Source: an uncultured Candidatus Saccharibacteria bacterium
GTDB lineage: Bacteria; Patescibacteriota; Doudnabacteria; UBA920
DNA length: 64,000 bases
Direction: 5' to 3'
NCBI GenBank assembly: GCA_964512925.1
Contig: CAZEKH010000001.1
Location: forward strand, 136,226 to 200,225
How positions within the stretch are numbered: position 1 is the stretch's first letter; every line of letters begins with the position of its first letter. The notes below the pieces were generated by a model that was not told where the DNA came from, did not search any database, and worked only from the letters and a program-made list of their open reading frames with translations. Positions 31,212 through 41,013 of the stretch are shown here, piece after piece. A program made the position numbers and the translations under genes.

Positions 31212-31361
31212 ATGGGCATCAAATTACCAATTCTGCCAGGCAGAAGGAATTCAAGAAGGCGCTCACCAGCTGAGCGCAGGCTACGAATGAAAGGGGGGTG
31301 TTCGGGGAAAAGCTGCAAGGAAGCTTTTTCAGAAATCCGACACCAGTGTCGGGAGGGGTGA
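31212..31361 (+). CDS. Small basic hypothetical protein (49 aa)
   Basis: AAGGAGGT RBS before MGIKLP; terminator-like hairpin at about 31411-31442. Confidence 0.35.
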   Translation: MGIKLPILPGRRNSRRRSPAERRLRMKGGCSGKSCKEAFSEIRHQCREG

Positions 31362-31743
31362 AAATTCCCGATGGCAAGACCCCGATGTCGTCCGGTGGTA
31401 ATCGTTTCAAAGCGGCGCGCTCCTCGCGCCGCTGATTTTTTTACAAAGAAAAAGCGCCGTTTGTAGTCCGGCGCCTGCCCGAATGGGCAAAAAACTGTGC
31501 TGGATCACCCCCTTTCCCGCTGGTTGCGCCCCGTCTGTGCGGGGTAAATAGGATGCGTCAGACATCTTTTTTTGCTACCACGGGAAAGGAGGTTTGTTCA
31601 GTTGGAATCTCATACGAGTCCTCCTAATCACAATATACTCCAAATGAAAAAAAATATCCACTTGACCAAAATGTGGAAAAGAGTAAGATATTAGACAAGA
31701 TGCTGCCTGGAGCAGCAAATTTCAATCAGAAAGAGGCAGATAC

Positions 31744-32169
31744 TTGGCACCTTTTGGCAGTCAAAAGTCTAGGGCCAACATTGGTCGTCACGGGCAAAGG
31801 AGGTCGCAAGCACGCGCTTACGCACGCAATCATCCTATTTCATTCGGGGTATGCAGCGTCCCACTACAAGAGATTTTAGCAGGGTTGTACTTGCTTTCAT
31901 CTCTGGGTGATCAAAAAGAAACTCCTAGCACCGAGCGACTGATCGTTGAGATCGTTGGTGCGGCCACACGGCTAAAATGTCCTGTTATCATCAAAGCTTA
32001 CAAGGTGGTTTGTAAGCACAAGGGCGGTCAAAAGTACGGCAAGTTGGGGGTAGAGATTCGTACCAAGCGGCGTTTTCAAATAGACGGATATCCGCCCATT
32101 ATCCGCCTCTGGGATACGCCTGAACAAGTCTTATTCTATATGAGAAAGTGGGCGAGCAAACTTTCTTGA
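31744..32169 (+). CDS. Orphan hypothetical protein
   Basis: 141-aa ORF between a promoter-like site (TTGACC at 31662) and terminator GCGCCGGCA..TGCCGGCGC-TCTTTT; start uncertain. Confidence 0.45.
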   Translation: MAPFGSQKSRANIGRHGQRRSQARAYARNHPISFGVCSVPLQEILAGLYLLSSLGDQKETPSTERLIVEIVGAATRLKCPVIIKAYKVVCKHKGGQKYGKLGVEIRTKRRFQIDGYPPIIRLWDTPEQVLFYMRKWASKLS

Positions 32170-32427
32170 CACCCATCGTGGGCGCCGGCAACTGCTGCCG
32201 GCGCTCTTTTCTTTGGGAGTGTTATAATATTAATACTTGCGGTTTTCAATGAATTTTCTATTCTGATTTTTCAAGGTGGAGTGGAATTGCTTAAAGTTAT
32301 TGATTATTTAAAGTTCAGGGGTCCCCACCTGCATCGCATATGCATGCTCATGCATTTCGGGCAGGCCTCCACTCCTCGGATGCACTCGTCGGTCGGGATG
32401 ACAAAAAGAATTTGGGGAGGGTTCTTG

Positions 32428-32465
32428 CTTAATACTTAATACTTAATACTTAATACTTAATACTG
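32428..32465. repeat. Heptamer tandem repeat (TAATACT)x5
   Basis: Read directly. Confidence 0.9.
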
Positions 32466-32479
32466 AGCATCCCACACAA

Positions 32480-33940
32480 ATGCAAAACATAGATACTTCC
32501 ATTTTCAAAGCCTATGACATAAGGGGTATATATCCAACACAGATAGATGCGGATTTGGTATATAAAATTGGTCAGGCGTATTTGCAGTTTCTGCAAACGC
32601 GGAATTACGCTGACCAAGACGCGGACTTACGGAGAAAGTTTAAAATTGTAGTGGGACACGATATGCGCCTGTCTGGGGAGGAGTTTTCTGAAAGCGCAAT
32701 CCGCGCTTTGACAGACGCGGGAGCGGATGTGGTGGATATCGGCCTGGTTTCAACTGATCAGTTGTACTTTGCTGCCGCGACTTTGGACGTTGATGGCGGT
32801 ATTCAGATCACTGCCAGCCACAACCCGAAAGAATACGGCGGGATGAAATTGGTTAGGGAAAAAGGCCGGCCGATTTCGGGGGATAGCGGAATTTATCAGA
32901 TTCGGGATTTGGTAATAAGTAATCAGAAATCAGTTATCAGTGATCAGAGAGGAAGAGTGGAAAAGAAGGATATTACTGAAGAGTATTATAAACATATACT
33001 AAAAACTTTTGAAATAAGTAAATTTAAAAAATTCCGTATAGTTGCCAATGCCAACTTTGGGATGGCTAATCCCGCCATCGAAAAGCTTAAAACTCTTTTG
33101 CCAATTGAGTTTGTGGAAGTTTTAAATGGCCATTTGGACGGCAGTTTCCCTAAAGGACCTTCGGATCCACTACTTCACTCTAACCGTGAAGAAACTATAG
33201 AAGCCATAAAAAAGCACAAACCGGATTTGGGCGTGGCTTGGGACGGGGACGCTGACCGTTGTTTCTTTTTTGATGAGAACGGAAAATTTGTCACACCCGC
33301 GTACATAAACGCGATTTTAGCAGAATACTATTGCAAAAAAAATCCAGGCTGCAAGATACTTCACGATACCAGGGTTGTAAGAGTGATTGATTATGCCGTA
33401 GAAAAAAACGGGGGAGTGAGTGTCATGAACAAAGCCGGCCACTCGTTCATAAAAGAGCGGATGATCAAGGACGACATTGTTTTTGGCAATGAAACTTCGG
33501 GGCACTATTATTTCAAGGACAATTTTTATCTGGATAACGGCCTAATGCCGTTTTTGGCAATACTGTCAATTTTGTCCGAATATATATCTCCCTCATCCTT
33601 TGCGGGAGACCTGCCCGCCGTGGGTGTTCGGGCGGGGGGTCAGGGAGAGGTCGTGCTGTTATCCGATATTCTACAGCCTTTACGCGAGAAGTTTTTTATC
33701 TCCGAAGAGATAAATTTTAAAGTCAAAGATGCCAATCAGGTTATTGAAAGCCTCAGGCAAAAATACCAGGAAGCCAAAATAGATGAAATAGACGGTTTGG
33801 ATTTTAATTTCCCATCCTGGCGCTTCAATGTGCGCAAAAGCAATACAGAACCGCTTTTAAGGCTCAACTTGGAAGCTAATAGCCAAAAAGAGCTTGAGGA
33901 AAAACAAAAAGAAATTAGCGATTTAATTTTAGCCATATGA
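32480..33940 (+). CDS. Phosphomannomutase/phosphoglucomutase
   Basis: IFKAYDIRG, ITASHNP, DGDADR, ETSGHYYF, VRKSNTEPLLRLNLEA. Confidence 0.95.
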   Translation: MQNIDTSIFKAYDIRGIYPTQIDADLVYKIGQAYLQFLQTRNYADQDADLRRKFKIVVGHDMRLSGEEFSESAIRALTDAGADVVDIGLVSTDQLYFAAATLDVDGGIQITASHNPKEYGGMKLVREKGRPISGDSGIYQIRDLVISNQKSVISDQRGRVEKKDITEEYYKHILKTFEISKFKKFRIVANANFGMANPAIEKLKTLLPIEFVEVLNGHLDGSFPKGPSDPLLHSNREETIEAIKKHKPDLGVAWDGDADRCFFFDENGKFVTPAYINAILAEYYCKKNPGCKILHDTRVVRVIDYAVEKNGGVSVMNKAGHSFIKERMIKDDIVFGNETSGHYYFKDNFYLDNGLMPFLAILSILSEYISPSSFAGDLPAVGVRAGGQGEVVLLSDILQPLREKFFISEEINFKVKDANQVIESLRQKYQEAKIDEIDGLDFNFPSWRFNVRKSNTEPLLRLNLEANSQKELEEKQKEISDLILAI

Positions 33941-34284
33941 ATGAAACCTGGACAGAGTTTGTTGAAGAAAATAATGAGGTTTATAAACTTTTTTTAGCCT
34001 GGCGCGAGATGGAGGATTTAAAAAAAAGACTTGATCCCAGCCACCCAGAAACTTCGCAGGTTTTTTGGCAGAAAATTGAAGAGATAAAAAAACAATCCCA
34101 TTGGGATGATTTGTTATTTGATTCAGATGTCATTATTAGGAAAAGTTTGGCAAAAAAAATTTATGACTATAGCATATCAACCGGAAACATTTATGCTGTT
34201 GGTAACTACTATGAAGATTTGGTTGAAAAAATGAGGCTTGAGGTGATGGAAAAAAGAGGGTATAAAAAATCGGCCCTAGAGTAG
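33937..34284 (+). CDS. Hypothetical protein
   Basis: ATGA overlap with the upstream gene. Confidence 0.55.
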   Translation: MNETWTEFVEENNEVYKLFLAWREMEDLKKRLDPSHPETSQVFWQKIEEIKKQSHWDDLLFDSDVIIRKSLAKKIYDYSISTGNIYAVGNYYEDLVEKMRLEVMEKRGYKKSALE

Positions 34285-35253
34285 GCCGATTTTTTCTTTA
34301 ACTTCAGAAAGTGTTACGCTGGCAACTGCTTTTGCTTTTCTGGCGCCTTCAGCCAAAACTTCCGCTATATAATCTGGTTTGTTTAAAAGTTCTTTTTTCT
34401 TTTCCCTAAACTCCGCAAAATATCCGGCAGTGGCTTTTGCCAAAGTTTCTTTCAGTTCGCTGTATTTTAACTGGCCCGTTTTTTGGGCTTCGGAAAAATA
34501 TTTTACTTCATTTTCGGAGCTAAACTTTGATAGTAGATCTAAAAGGTTTTCTTCGCCCGGAGATTTTTGTCCAGGTATGGAAGCGGTAACGGCTTTTTTG
34601 AGTTTTCTATGTATTTCTTCCGGACCGTCGTCTAAATTTAGGGCTTCGTCGCCGGTCTTGCTCATTTTTTTTGCCGGGTCGGTTAAGGACATTATCCGCA
34701 AAGGTTTCCGAAGATACGTTTGGGGCTCTGGGAAAGTTTCGCCGAAGTGGTGGTTAAATTTCCTGGCGACGACCCGAGAAAGTTCAACGTGCTGGATCTG
34801 GTCTTCACCTACCGGGACAGCGGTTGGTTTGTAAAGTAATATATCAGCCGCCATCAAGCAAGGGTAAGTTAAAAGTCCGGCGTTGATGTTTTCTTTATGT
34901 TGTTTGGCTTTGTCTTTATATTGAGTCATCCTTTCAAGCTCGCCTAATGGGGTGATACAGTTGAATATCCAGGCAAGTTCGGAGTGTTCGTGAACGTGGC
35001 TCTGGACAAAAAAAGTGATTTTTTCCGGGTTGATGCCTAAAGCTAAGTAGGTAGCCGCGATGTCCAAAGTATTTTCTGCAAAAGTTTTCGGATCAAAAGG
35101 CGTAGTTAAGCCATGCAAATCAGCGATGAAATAAAAGCAGTTATTGTTTGGGTTATTTTGGGTTTCCAAAAGTTGCTGTACCAAGCCCAAGTAGTGCCCG
35201 ATATGAAGTTTCCCAGAAGCGCGTATTCCCGCCACCAAGTTTTGTTTTGTCAT
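34276..35253 (-). CDS. trpS: Tryptophan--tRNA ligase
   Basis: LHIGHY, ADLH, MTQYKDK, YP.LMAADILLY, VPVGEDQ, KMSKT. Confidence 0.96.
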   Translation of the reverse strand: MTKQNLVAGIRASGKLHIGHYLGLVQQLLETQNNPNNNCFYFIADLHGLTTPFDPKTFAENTLDIAATYLALGINPEKITFFVQSHVHEHSELAWIFNCITPLGELERMTQYKDKAKQHKENINAGLLTYPCLMAADILLYKPTAVPVGEDQIQHVELSRVVARKFNHHFGETFPEPQTYLRKPLRIMSLTDPAKKMSKTGDEALNLDDGPEEIHRKLKKAVTASIPGQKSPGEENLLDLLSKFSSENEVKYFSEAQKTGQLKYSELKETLAKATAGYFAEFREKKKELLNKPDYIAEVLAEGARKAKAVASVTLSEVKEKIGLL

Positions 35254-35367
35254 ATGGAATATTATACCAAAAACCCCGCCCTTTGCTAAGGGCGGGGTTT
35301 TTGGTATGTTACTGATCCACTGATTACTGATAACTGATCACTATGTACCGAGTGCTAAGCACTGTCC

Positions 35368-37251
35368 CTACATTTCCATTATCACGGGCAAAACCATTGG
35401 GCGGCGTTCGGTTTTTTGGTAGAGGTATTCGCCGATTTCGTCGCGGATGATATTTCTAAGGAAAGTCCAATTCGGCTCGAGCCGTTCTTTACTCTTGGAT
35501 TCCACGAGTTTTCTTACTTCGTGTTTGACTTCACGGATCAGCTCGTCGTTGCCTTTCATATAGATGAAGCCTCTGGAGATGATATCCGGCTGGTTGATGA
35601 TCTTGCCGTTTCTGCGGTCCAGCGTGATGATGATGACAAACATTCCGTCTTGGGCCATCACCTGGCGGTCGCGGATAACCACTTCGCCGACATCGCCTAC
35701 TCCAAGCCCGTCTATGAACACATAACCTGAGACCACTTTCGGGTCTTCGACTATCTTGGCTTCTTTGGCGGAAGTTATCTCAACTATCTGCCCGTTGTCT
35801 AAAGCAAAGATGTTGCTGTCCGGGATGCCCATAGTTTTTGCCAGATCCGCGTGAGCCACAATCATATGGTGTTCGCCGTGGATGGGCATAAAGTATTTCG
35901 GTTTGACTAAAGCTATCATCAGTTTTAGTTCTTCCTGGTGAGCGTGTCCGGAAGTGTGGATGTCTAAAGTTTTGTTGTAAATGACGTGGCTGCCCAAACG
36001 GGTGAGGTTTGAAAGCATAGCGGAAATAGCGCGCTCATTGCCCGGGATAGGGGAGGCGGACACAATGGTGGTGTCGCCTTTTTTGATTTTTACGGTTTTG
36101 TGGTCGCCACGGGCAATGCGAGCCAGGCCAGCCGCTTCTTCGCCCTGGGCGCCAGTGGTTAAGATGACGATCTGGTTGTCCGGAAATTTTTTCGCCATTT
36201 CGGACTTGATGATGATCTTCGGCTGAATCTTTAAGTAACCCAAAGACAAAGCAATCTCAATGTTGTTGACCATAGAGCGGCCTGTAACTATGACTTTGCG
36301 GTTGTATTTGGCAGCCGCGTCAAACACTTGCTGGATGCGGGAGATGCTGGTTGAAAAGTTGGCAAAAATAATTCTTCCCTTTATGTCAGCAAAAGTCCGG
36401 TCAATGGTTAAGCCGATTTCTCTTTCCGAAACACAGTAACCGGGTTTGACCGCGTTGGTTGAGTCTGACATTAAAAGTAAAACTCCTTCAGCGCCGAATT
36501 TGGCGATTTTGTCGAATTCGGTGGGCTTGCCGTCTACCGGCGTGTGGTCAAACTTCCAGTCAGTGGCATATACCACTTGTCCGACCGGGGTGGTGATACA
36601 AAGACCTACTCCATCTGGGATACTATGATTGGTTCTAAAGAAGCGAATTTTAAAATTGCCCAAAACCAAAACATCGTCTTTGGTCAGAGAGTTGATTTTT
36701 GAGCGGCCTAACAGACCGAACTCTTCCAAACGCTTTTTTATGAACGCCGCGGTCAGGGGTAAAGTATAAACCGGCGGGTCGCCCAGTTTGGGTAAGATAT
36801 ACGGCATAGCGCCGATGTGGTCCAAATGCCCGTGGGTGATGATCACGCCTCTGACTCTGCGCTTGTTTTCTTCCAGCCATTTGGTGTCAGGGATGATGTA
36901 GTCAATGCCCGGCATAGTATCGTCTGGAAAAGCCAGACCCATATCTATGATAATCAGGTCATCGCCAAATTCCAGGACAGTCATATTTTCACCGACTTCC
37001 TCTATACCTCCCATTGGGATAATCCTGAGGTTTTGTCTGGAAGCCGTGTAGCGGCTGGTAGAAGACAAAACAGTGTCAGCCGGTGTTTTAAGACCGAGGC
37101 TGGTTGCTTTGTCTATCAGGCGGTCAAGCCGGCTGGTACCGCTATTGACGTTAGCCTGCTGTTCGTTAGCAGGGGATTTTTTTACGGGATGGTTCACCCC
37201 GTGCCCGCTTCTCTGCGGATTTCGATTGTGAGAAAAGGTTTTTCTCATCAT
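35368..37251 (-). CDS. rnj: Ribonuclease J
   Basis: GG.EEVGENM, THGHLDHIG, HSIPD, DWKFDHTP, TG.QGE, HTSGHA, PIHGE; start near MMRKTF is approximate. Confidence 0.95.
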   Translation of the reverse strand: MMRKTFSHNRNPQRSGHGVNHPVKKSPANEQQANVNSGTSRLDRLIDKATSLGLKTPADTVLSSTSRYTASRQNLRIIPMGGIEEVGENMTVLEFGDDLIIIDMGLAFPDDTMPGIDYIIPDTKWLEENKRRVRGVIITHGHLDHIGAMPYILPKLGDPPVYTLPLTAAFIKKRLEEFGLLGRSKINSLTKDDVLVLGNFKIRFFRTNHSIPDGVGLCITTPVGQVVYATDWKFDHTPVDGKPTEFDKIAKFGAEGVLLLMSDSTNAVKPGYCVSEREIGLTIDRTFADIKGRIIFANFSTSISRIQQVFDAAAKYNRKVIVTGRSMVNNIEIALSLGYLKIQPKIIIKSEMAKKFPDNQIVILTTGAQGEEAAGLARIARGDHKTVKIKKGDTTIVSASPIPGNERAISAMLSNLTRLGSHVIYNKTLDIHTSGHAHQEELKLMIALVKPKYFMPIHGEHHMIVAHADLAKTMGIPDSNIFALDNGQIVEITSAKEAKIVEDPKVVSGYVFIDGLGVGDVGEVVIRDRQVMAQDGMFVIIITLDRRNGKIINQPDIISRGFIYMKGNDELIREVKHEVRKLVESKSKERLEPNWTFLRNIIRDEIGEYLYQKTERRPMVLPVIMEM

Positions 37252-37594
37252 AAAATTCTTTCGGGTCAAACTTTCTGCAAAAAAAGACCTGGATAATAAA
37301 TATTCCCATTTTTTTGGGAACGATTGCGTTTCTTTGAGCTTCAAAAGTGGCTTGTTCGGCCGACCGTCAAAGCTAAATGTTTAGCAATTAGCAGATGCAA
37401 AATAAAAAAACTTTTTTATCAAATATCCGGTAATTGTTTTGGTTTCTTTAGAGCCAAGAAAACTATTTCTAATATTATATCACTAATCTAGAAAACTGTC
37501 AAAAAATAAACAAAATTTTGCTTTATTTAAAAGGGAAAATAAAATAACATATAGCGATCTGATTTAACTACAACCCTGCATATTTCTACGCATT

Positions 37595-37681
37595 TGGTGG
37601 GCGAAGAGGGACTTGAACCCTCACGGGATTACTCCCACACGTACCTGAAACGTGCGCGTATGCCAATTCCGCCATTCGCCC
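37595..37681 (-). tRNA. tRNA-Leu (CAG)
   Basis: Reverse complement GGGCGAA..CACGT-TTCAGGT-ACGTG, long variable arm, GGTTCAAGTCC, TTCGCCC-A-CCA. Confidence 0.95.
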
Positions 37682-37761
37682 ATCAAATATTTAGAATATA
37701 TAAGCGGGTAGACACCACTCGAGCAAAAATATTTGCCTACCAATTATATACGAACTAACTT

Positions 37762-39507
37762 TTATTTCCAAGCTCTTTTTTCCTGAACATACCAACGGCT
37801 TACCGCTGAATACCTTTGAGCCGGTTCAAAAATTGATTTAAAAGCAACTCCTTTGAGGTTTTTATTGGCTACAAAAAAGTACTGCGCCTGGTTGATCGGC
37901 AGGGACGCAAGTTCTTGAGAGACTGTTTGTTCCAGCAGGCGGTATTTATCCAGCCGTAAATTTTGGTCAGTAGTGGTTCTCGCTTCCACAATCAGTTTGT
38001 CCGCAGCTTGGCTGTTTAAGCCGGACAGGTTCAGGCCCGGATCGCTTTTTTGGCTGGAGTGCCAAAAGATAAAAGGATCCGGATCAGGGGAAAATTTTTG
38101 AAAAAACAACAACAGGTCAAAATTTCTGCCTTTGATTATTTCCTCGGACAACTGCTTGTTGGAGAAAGTTTTTACATCCGCGTTGATGCCGACTTCTTTT
38201 AGGTTTTGGGAAATCAGTTTGGCGGCTTTGACATTGGGTTCGTATTCATTGGTAGCCAGCACAAAATTTAAACCGATCTTTTTTCTTTCCCTGACCAAAG
38301 TTTCGGCGTTCAAAGCCCAGCCAGCCGCTTCCAACTGGGCAATGGCTTTGTCTTTGGAGAACTCCGGGTTTAAAAGGCTTTGTTCGCCGAAGTTGAAAAT
38401 CAGCTGCTTGAAACCTAAAATATTTTGTTCGCCAAATGCCTGGCTGATGATTTGTTTACGGTCAATAGCCAGGTTGACGGCTTGCCTGATAGAGCTTTCA
38501 GACAACGGATTCTTTCGTAGATTAAAAAACAAGGTTTGATATTGCGCGGACGGGGCTGAAAAAATTTGCAAATTCCCCGTGCGTTCAGCCAAAATTTTAG
38601 TGTTGGAGGTCAGGTAGCTGAAAAAATCCGCTTCTTTGGCCTGAACAGAAGCGATGGCTTGTTCGTCTGTATCAAAAAATTTGATTGTCATCTCGTCCAG
38701 ATACGGCCGCCCGTTCGTATAGCCGTCAAAAGCTTTGAGGTTCAGGCTTTGAATTTTGCCGTTCGGAAGTTTGCTTATTTCAGAGATGGCAAAAGCCCCG
38801 CTGCCTATGGCTTTGAGGTTGAATTCTGACAAAGGGAAATTTTGTGCGTCCACTTTCATCCAGACGTATTCCGGAAGGATGGGTAAGGTCAGGTTGCCAA
38901 GAAACGGGCCGGAAATGTCCTTGGTAATAAACTTAACCGAAGTTTCGGACAATTTTTCTACAGTGGTGGACTGCCAAAACGTATTGTAAGGGCTTTTCAC
39001 CTGCGGATTTTGTAAAATTTTTATCGTAAAGATGATGTCATTGGCATCAATAGGTCTGCCGTCGTGCCATTTGCGGCCTGTTTTTAGTTTGATTATGTAT
39101 TGTTTTTGGTCCTGGGAAATCTCTGGCATTCCGTCCGCCAGCTCAGGAACCAATTTACCGTTTTCATCGTATTTATAGAGAGAGGCAAACAATAGGCGGG
39201 TGAGGCTTAAATCCGGTTCTTGGTAGGCGAGTATGGGGTTTAAAAAAACCGGTTGCCCGCGCACAGCCTCGGTGATTTTTCCACCGCGAGCCGGTATGGG
39301 ATTGGTATGGGCGAAATAGGATTTTCTTAAACTAAAACCCAGGCCGATAAAAAATATAAAAATTAAAAAAAACAAAGCATATTTTTCGTGTTTACCCATC
39401 AAAGAAAAAACCTTGCCAAGCAAGGAAAGTCGGATTTTTGGCACAGCTTTGAGTCCCTGGAAAATTAGCCTGCCTTCATTTTTAAATTGTTGGATAAACT
39501 CTGCCAT
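37762..39507 (-). CDS. Peptide ABC transporter substrate-binding protein (family 5)
   Basis: N-terminal TM, LNPIL, LVPELA, KWHDG.P..A.D..FT, IGSG.F, DPDPF.FWHSSQ. Confidence 0.9.
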   Translation of the reverse strand: MAEFIQQFKNEGRLIFQGLKAVPKIRLSLLGKVFSLMGKHEKYALFFLIFIFFIGLGFSLRKSYFAHTNPIPARGGKITEAVRGQPVFLNPILAYQEPDLSLTRLLFASLYKYDENGKLVPELADGMPEISQDQKQYIIKLKTGRKWHDGRPIDANDIIFTIKILQNPQVKSPYNTFWQSTTVEKLSETSVKFITKDISGPFLGNLTLPILPEYVWMKVDAQNFPLSEFNLKAIGSGAFAISEISKLPNGKIQSLNLKAFDGYTNGRPYLDEMTIKFFDTDEQAIASVQAKEADFFSYLTSNTKILAERTGNLQIFSAPSAQYQTLFFNLRKNPLSESSIRQAVNLAIDRKQIISQAFGEQNILGFKQLIFNFGEQSLLNPEFSKDKAIAQLEAAGWALNAETLVRERKKIGLNFVLATNEYEPNVKAAKLISQNLKEVGINADVKTFSNKQLSEEIIKGRNFDLLLFFQKFSPDPDPFIFWHSSQKSDPGLNLSGLNSQAADKLIVEARTTTDQNLRLDKYRLLEQTVSQELASLPINQAQYFFVANKNLKGVAFKSIFEPAQRYSAVSRWYVQEKRAWK

Positions 39508-39547
39508 TTTGGAAAAGGAGCCAGTCCTTTTTTGCTTTGGTTGTTGT

Positions 39548-39766
39548 TTACTTGATAAACAAAAAAGAAATATTGATTCCCACGAAGAGGGTGCCTAAAA
39601 CTATGGTTGCGTAAAACAGCCATTTTTCAAAACCGCGGCGGGTGGAAACTACGCCTCCGCCACCGCCGAAAACTCCAGACAAGCCGGAAGATTTGTTCTG
39701 TAAAACCACAGCAATAATCAAAAGAACCATAACCAGGATATTTGCAAATTGTAGGATATTTTTCAT
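39548..39766 (-). CDS. secG: Preprotein translocase subunit SecG
   Basis: VVLQ..SSGLSGVFGG...RRG.EK.L. Confidence 0.9.
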   Translation of the reverse strand: MKNILQFANILVMVLLIIAVVLQNKSSGLSGVFGGGGGVVSTRRGFEKWLFYATIVLGTLFVGINISFLFIK

Positions 39767-39923
39767 AAATGGATTTTAGTAACTTATGCATTATATGGAT
39801 TTTGAAACTTTGCGTCAAGGCGCTACAGAAAAAAGTTGACCGCACTACAGATGCCTACAAAAAAATGCAGGGTTGACATTTGCAGATTTTTATGGCATTG
39901 TAGGTGTGCGAAGGGGGTAAATT

Positions 39924-40307
39924 ATGCGTATCTGGTTGTTGGTGCATACTGGCTTGTGGTTGCTGATGATCGCACCCGCAAGCTGGTTGGGCTGCTTGTG
40001 GGCACTGGCAGGGGTGGTTGCGCCACTAGAAAAAATGCCCTGGTGGCAAAGGGTTGTTGCCGCGAGTATTTTTGCCCTCGGGTTAGTATACGCCACTGGG
40101 TTTATGATTGATCCATGGTTTACACCAGCAGGCACTGCTTGCGCAATGGTATTTTACTATCTGGGGGTTCTGTTGTGGGTCATTGGTCAGGGGCTTTGGT
40201 GGCTTCTGCCCAAAATGGTCTGGCCGTTTGTGGCCAGTCAAATCCTAATCGGAGTGCTTATACTCCGAAAATGGATGCACAGCAAGCCATTTTCGGTTCA
40301 ACCCTAG
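39924..40307 (+). CDS. Orphan membrane protein
   Basis: Four hydrophobic segments; TTGACA at 39873; terminator-like hairpin at about 40357-40390. Confidence 0.55.
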   Translation: MRIWLLVHTGLWLLMIAPASWLGCLWALAGVVAPLEKMPWWQRVVAASIFALGLVYATGFMIDPWFTPAGTACAMVFYYLGVLLWVIGQGLWWLLPKMVWPFVASQILIGVLILRKWMHSKPFSVQP

Positions 40308-40400
40308 CAACTTTTTCAATCGTTTTTTGCTCGCTGATACGCGGGCGCGCTTTTAGGGCGGACGTTGTTATACGGCCGCCTTTTTGTTTTTTCTATAAAA

Positions 40401-41003
40401 AATATCACCCCCCAGCCCCCTCTTACTTTAAGAGGGGGAGGAGAAAAAAAGGCTCTAATTATTTTATAGAAATGATATTGTTCCGTCCCTCCCCTTAAGA
40501 TAAGGGGAGGTTAGGAGGGGATACTTTTTAGCGCATTTATTGTTTGCAGAATTTTTTCTCCTACGCCATCAATATTTTTAAATACATCAGTATTGTAAAA
40601 TCTTAATACAATAATATTTTGTTTATCTAAAAATTTAGTGCGGATTTCATCATTGATTTTATTTTGTATCTCTAAATGCTGTCCGCCGTCTAACTCAATA
40701 GCAAGTCTTAATTTTGAACAATAAAAATCCAAAATATAATTACCCACGCTATATTGCCGCGTAAATTTATAACCCGTTTGTCTGTTCCTTAAAATCTGCC
40801 AGAGTTTGTATTCTGCATCTGTTTGGTTGTTGCGAAGATTTTTTCTAAGTTGCTTTAACTGTGGGTGTTGGTAAAACATAAAGTATGAGTGAATATCACC
40901 CCCCAGCCCCCTCTCCTGCCAAAGGCGGGCAAGTATTTTAAGAGGGGGAGGTTATTTTTGCATTATCCCTCCCCTTAAGATAAGGGGAGGTTAGGAGGGG
41001 ATA
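40401..41003. mobile_element. DUF559 endonuclease gene bracketed by paired palindromes
   Basis: Similar doublets at 40401-40523 and 40892-41003, each ending in TCCCTCCCCTTAAGATAAGGGGAGGTTAGGAGGGGATA. Confidence 0.8.
40511..40879 (-). CDS. DUF559 (Vsr-like PD-(D/E)XK) endonuclease
   Basis: LRNNQTDAE.KLWQ.LR, KF.RQY, YILDFYC..LRLAIELDGGQH, D..RT.FL, VLRF.N. Confidence 0.93.
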   Translation of the reverse strand: MFYQHPQLKQLRKNLRNNQTDAEYKLWQILRNRQTGYKFTRQYSVGNYILDFYCSKLRLAIELDGGQHLEIQNKINDEIRTKFLDKQNIIVLRFYNTDVFKNIDGVGEKILQTINALKSIPS

Positions 41004-41013
41004 GTGTTTCGAA

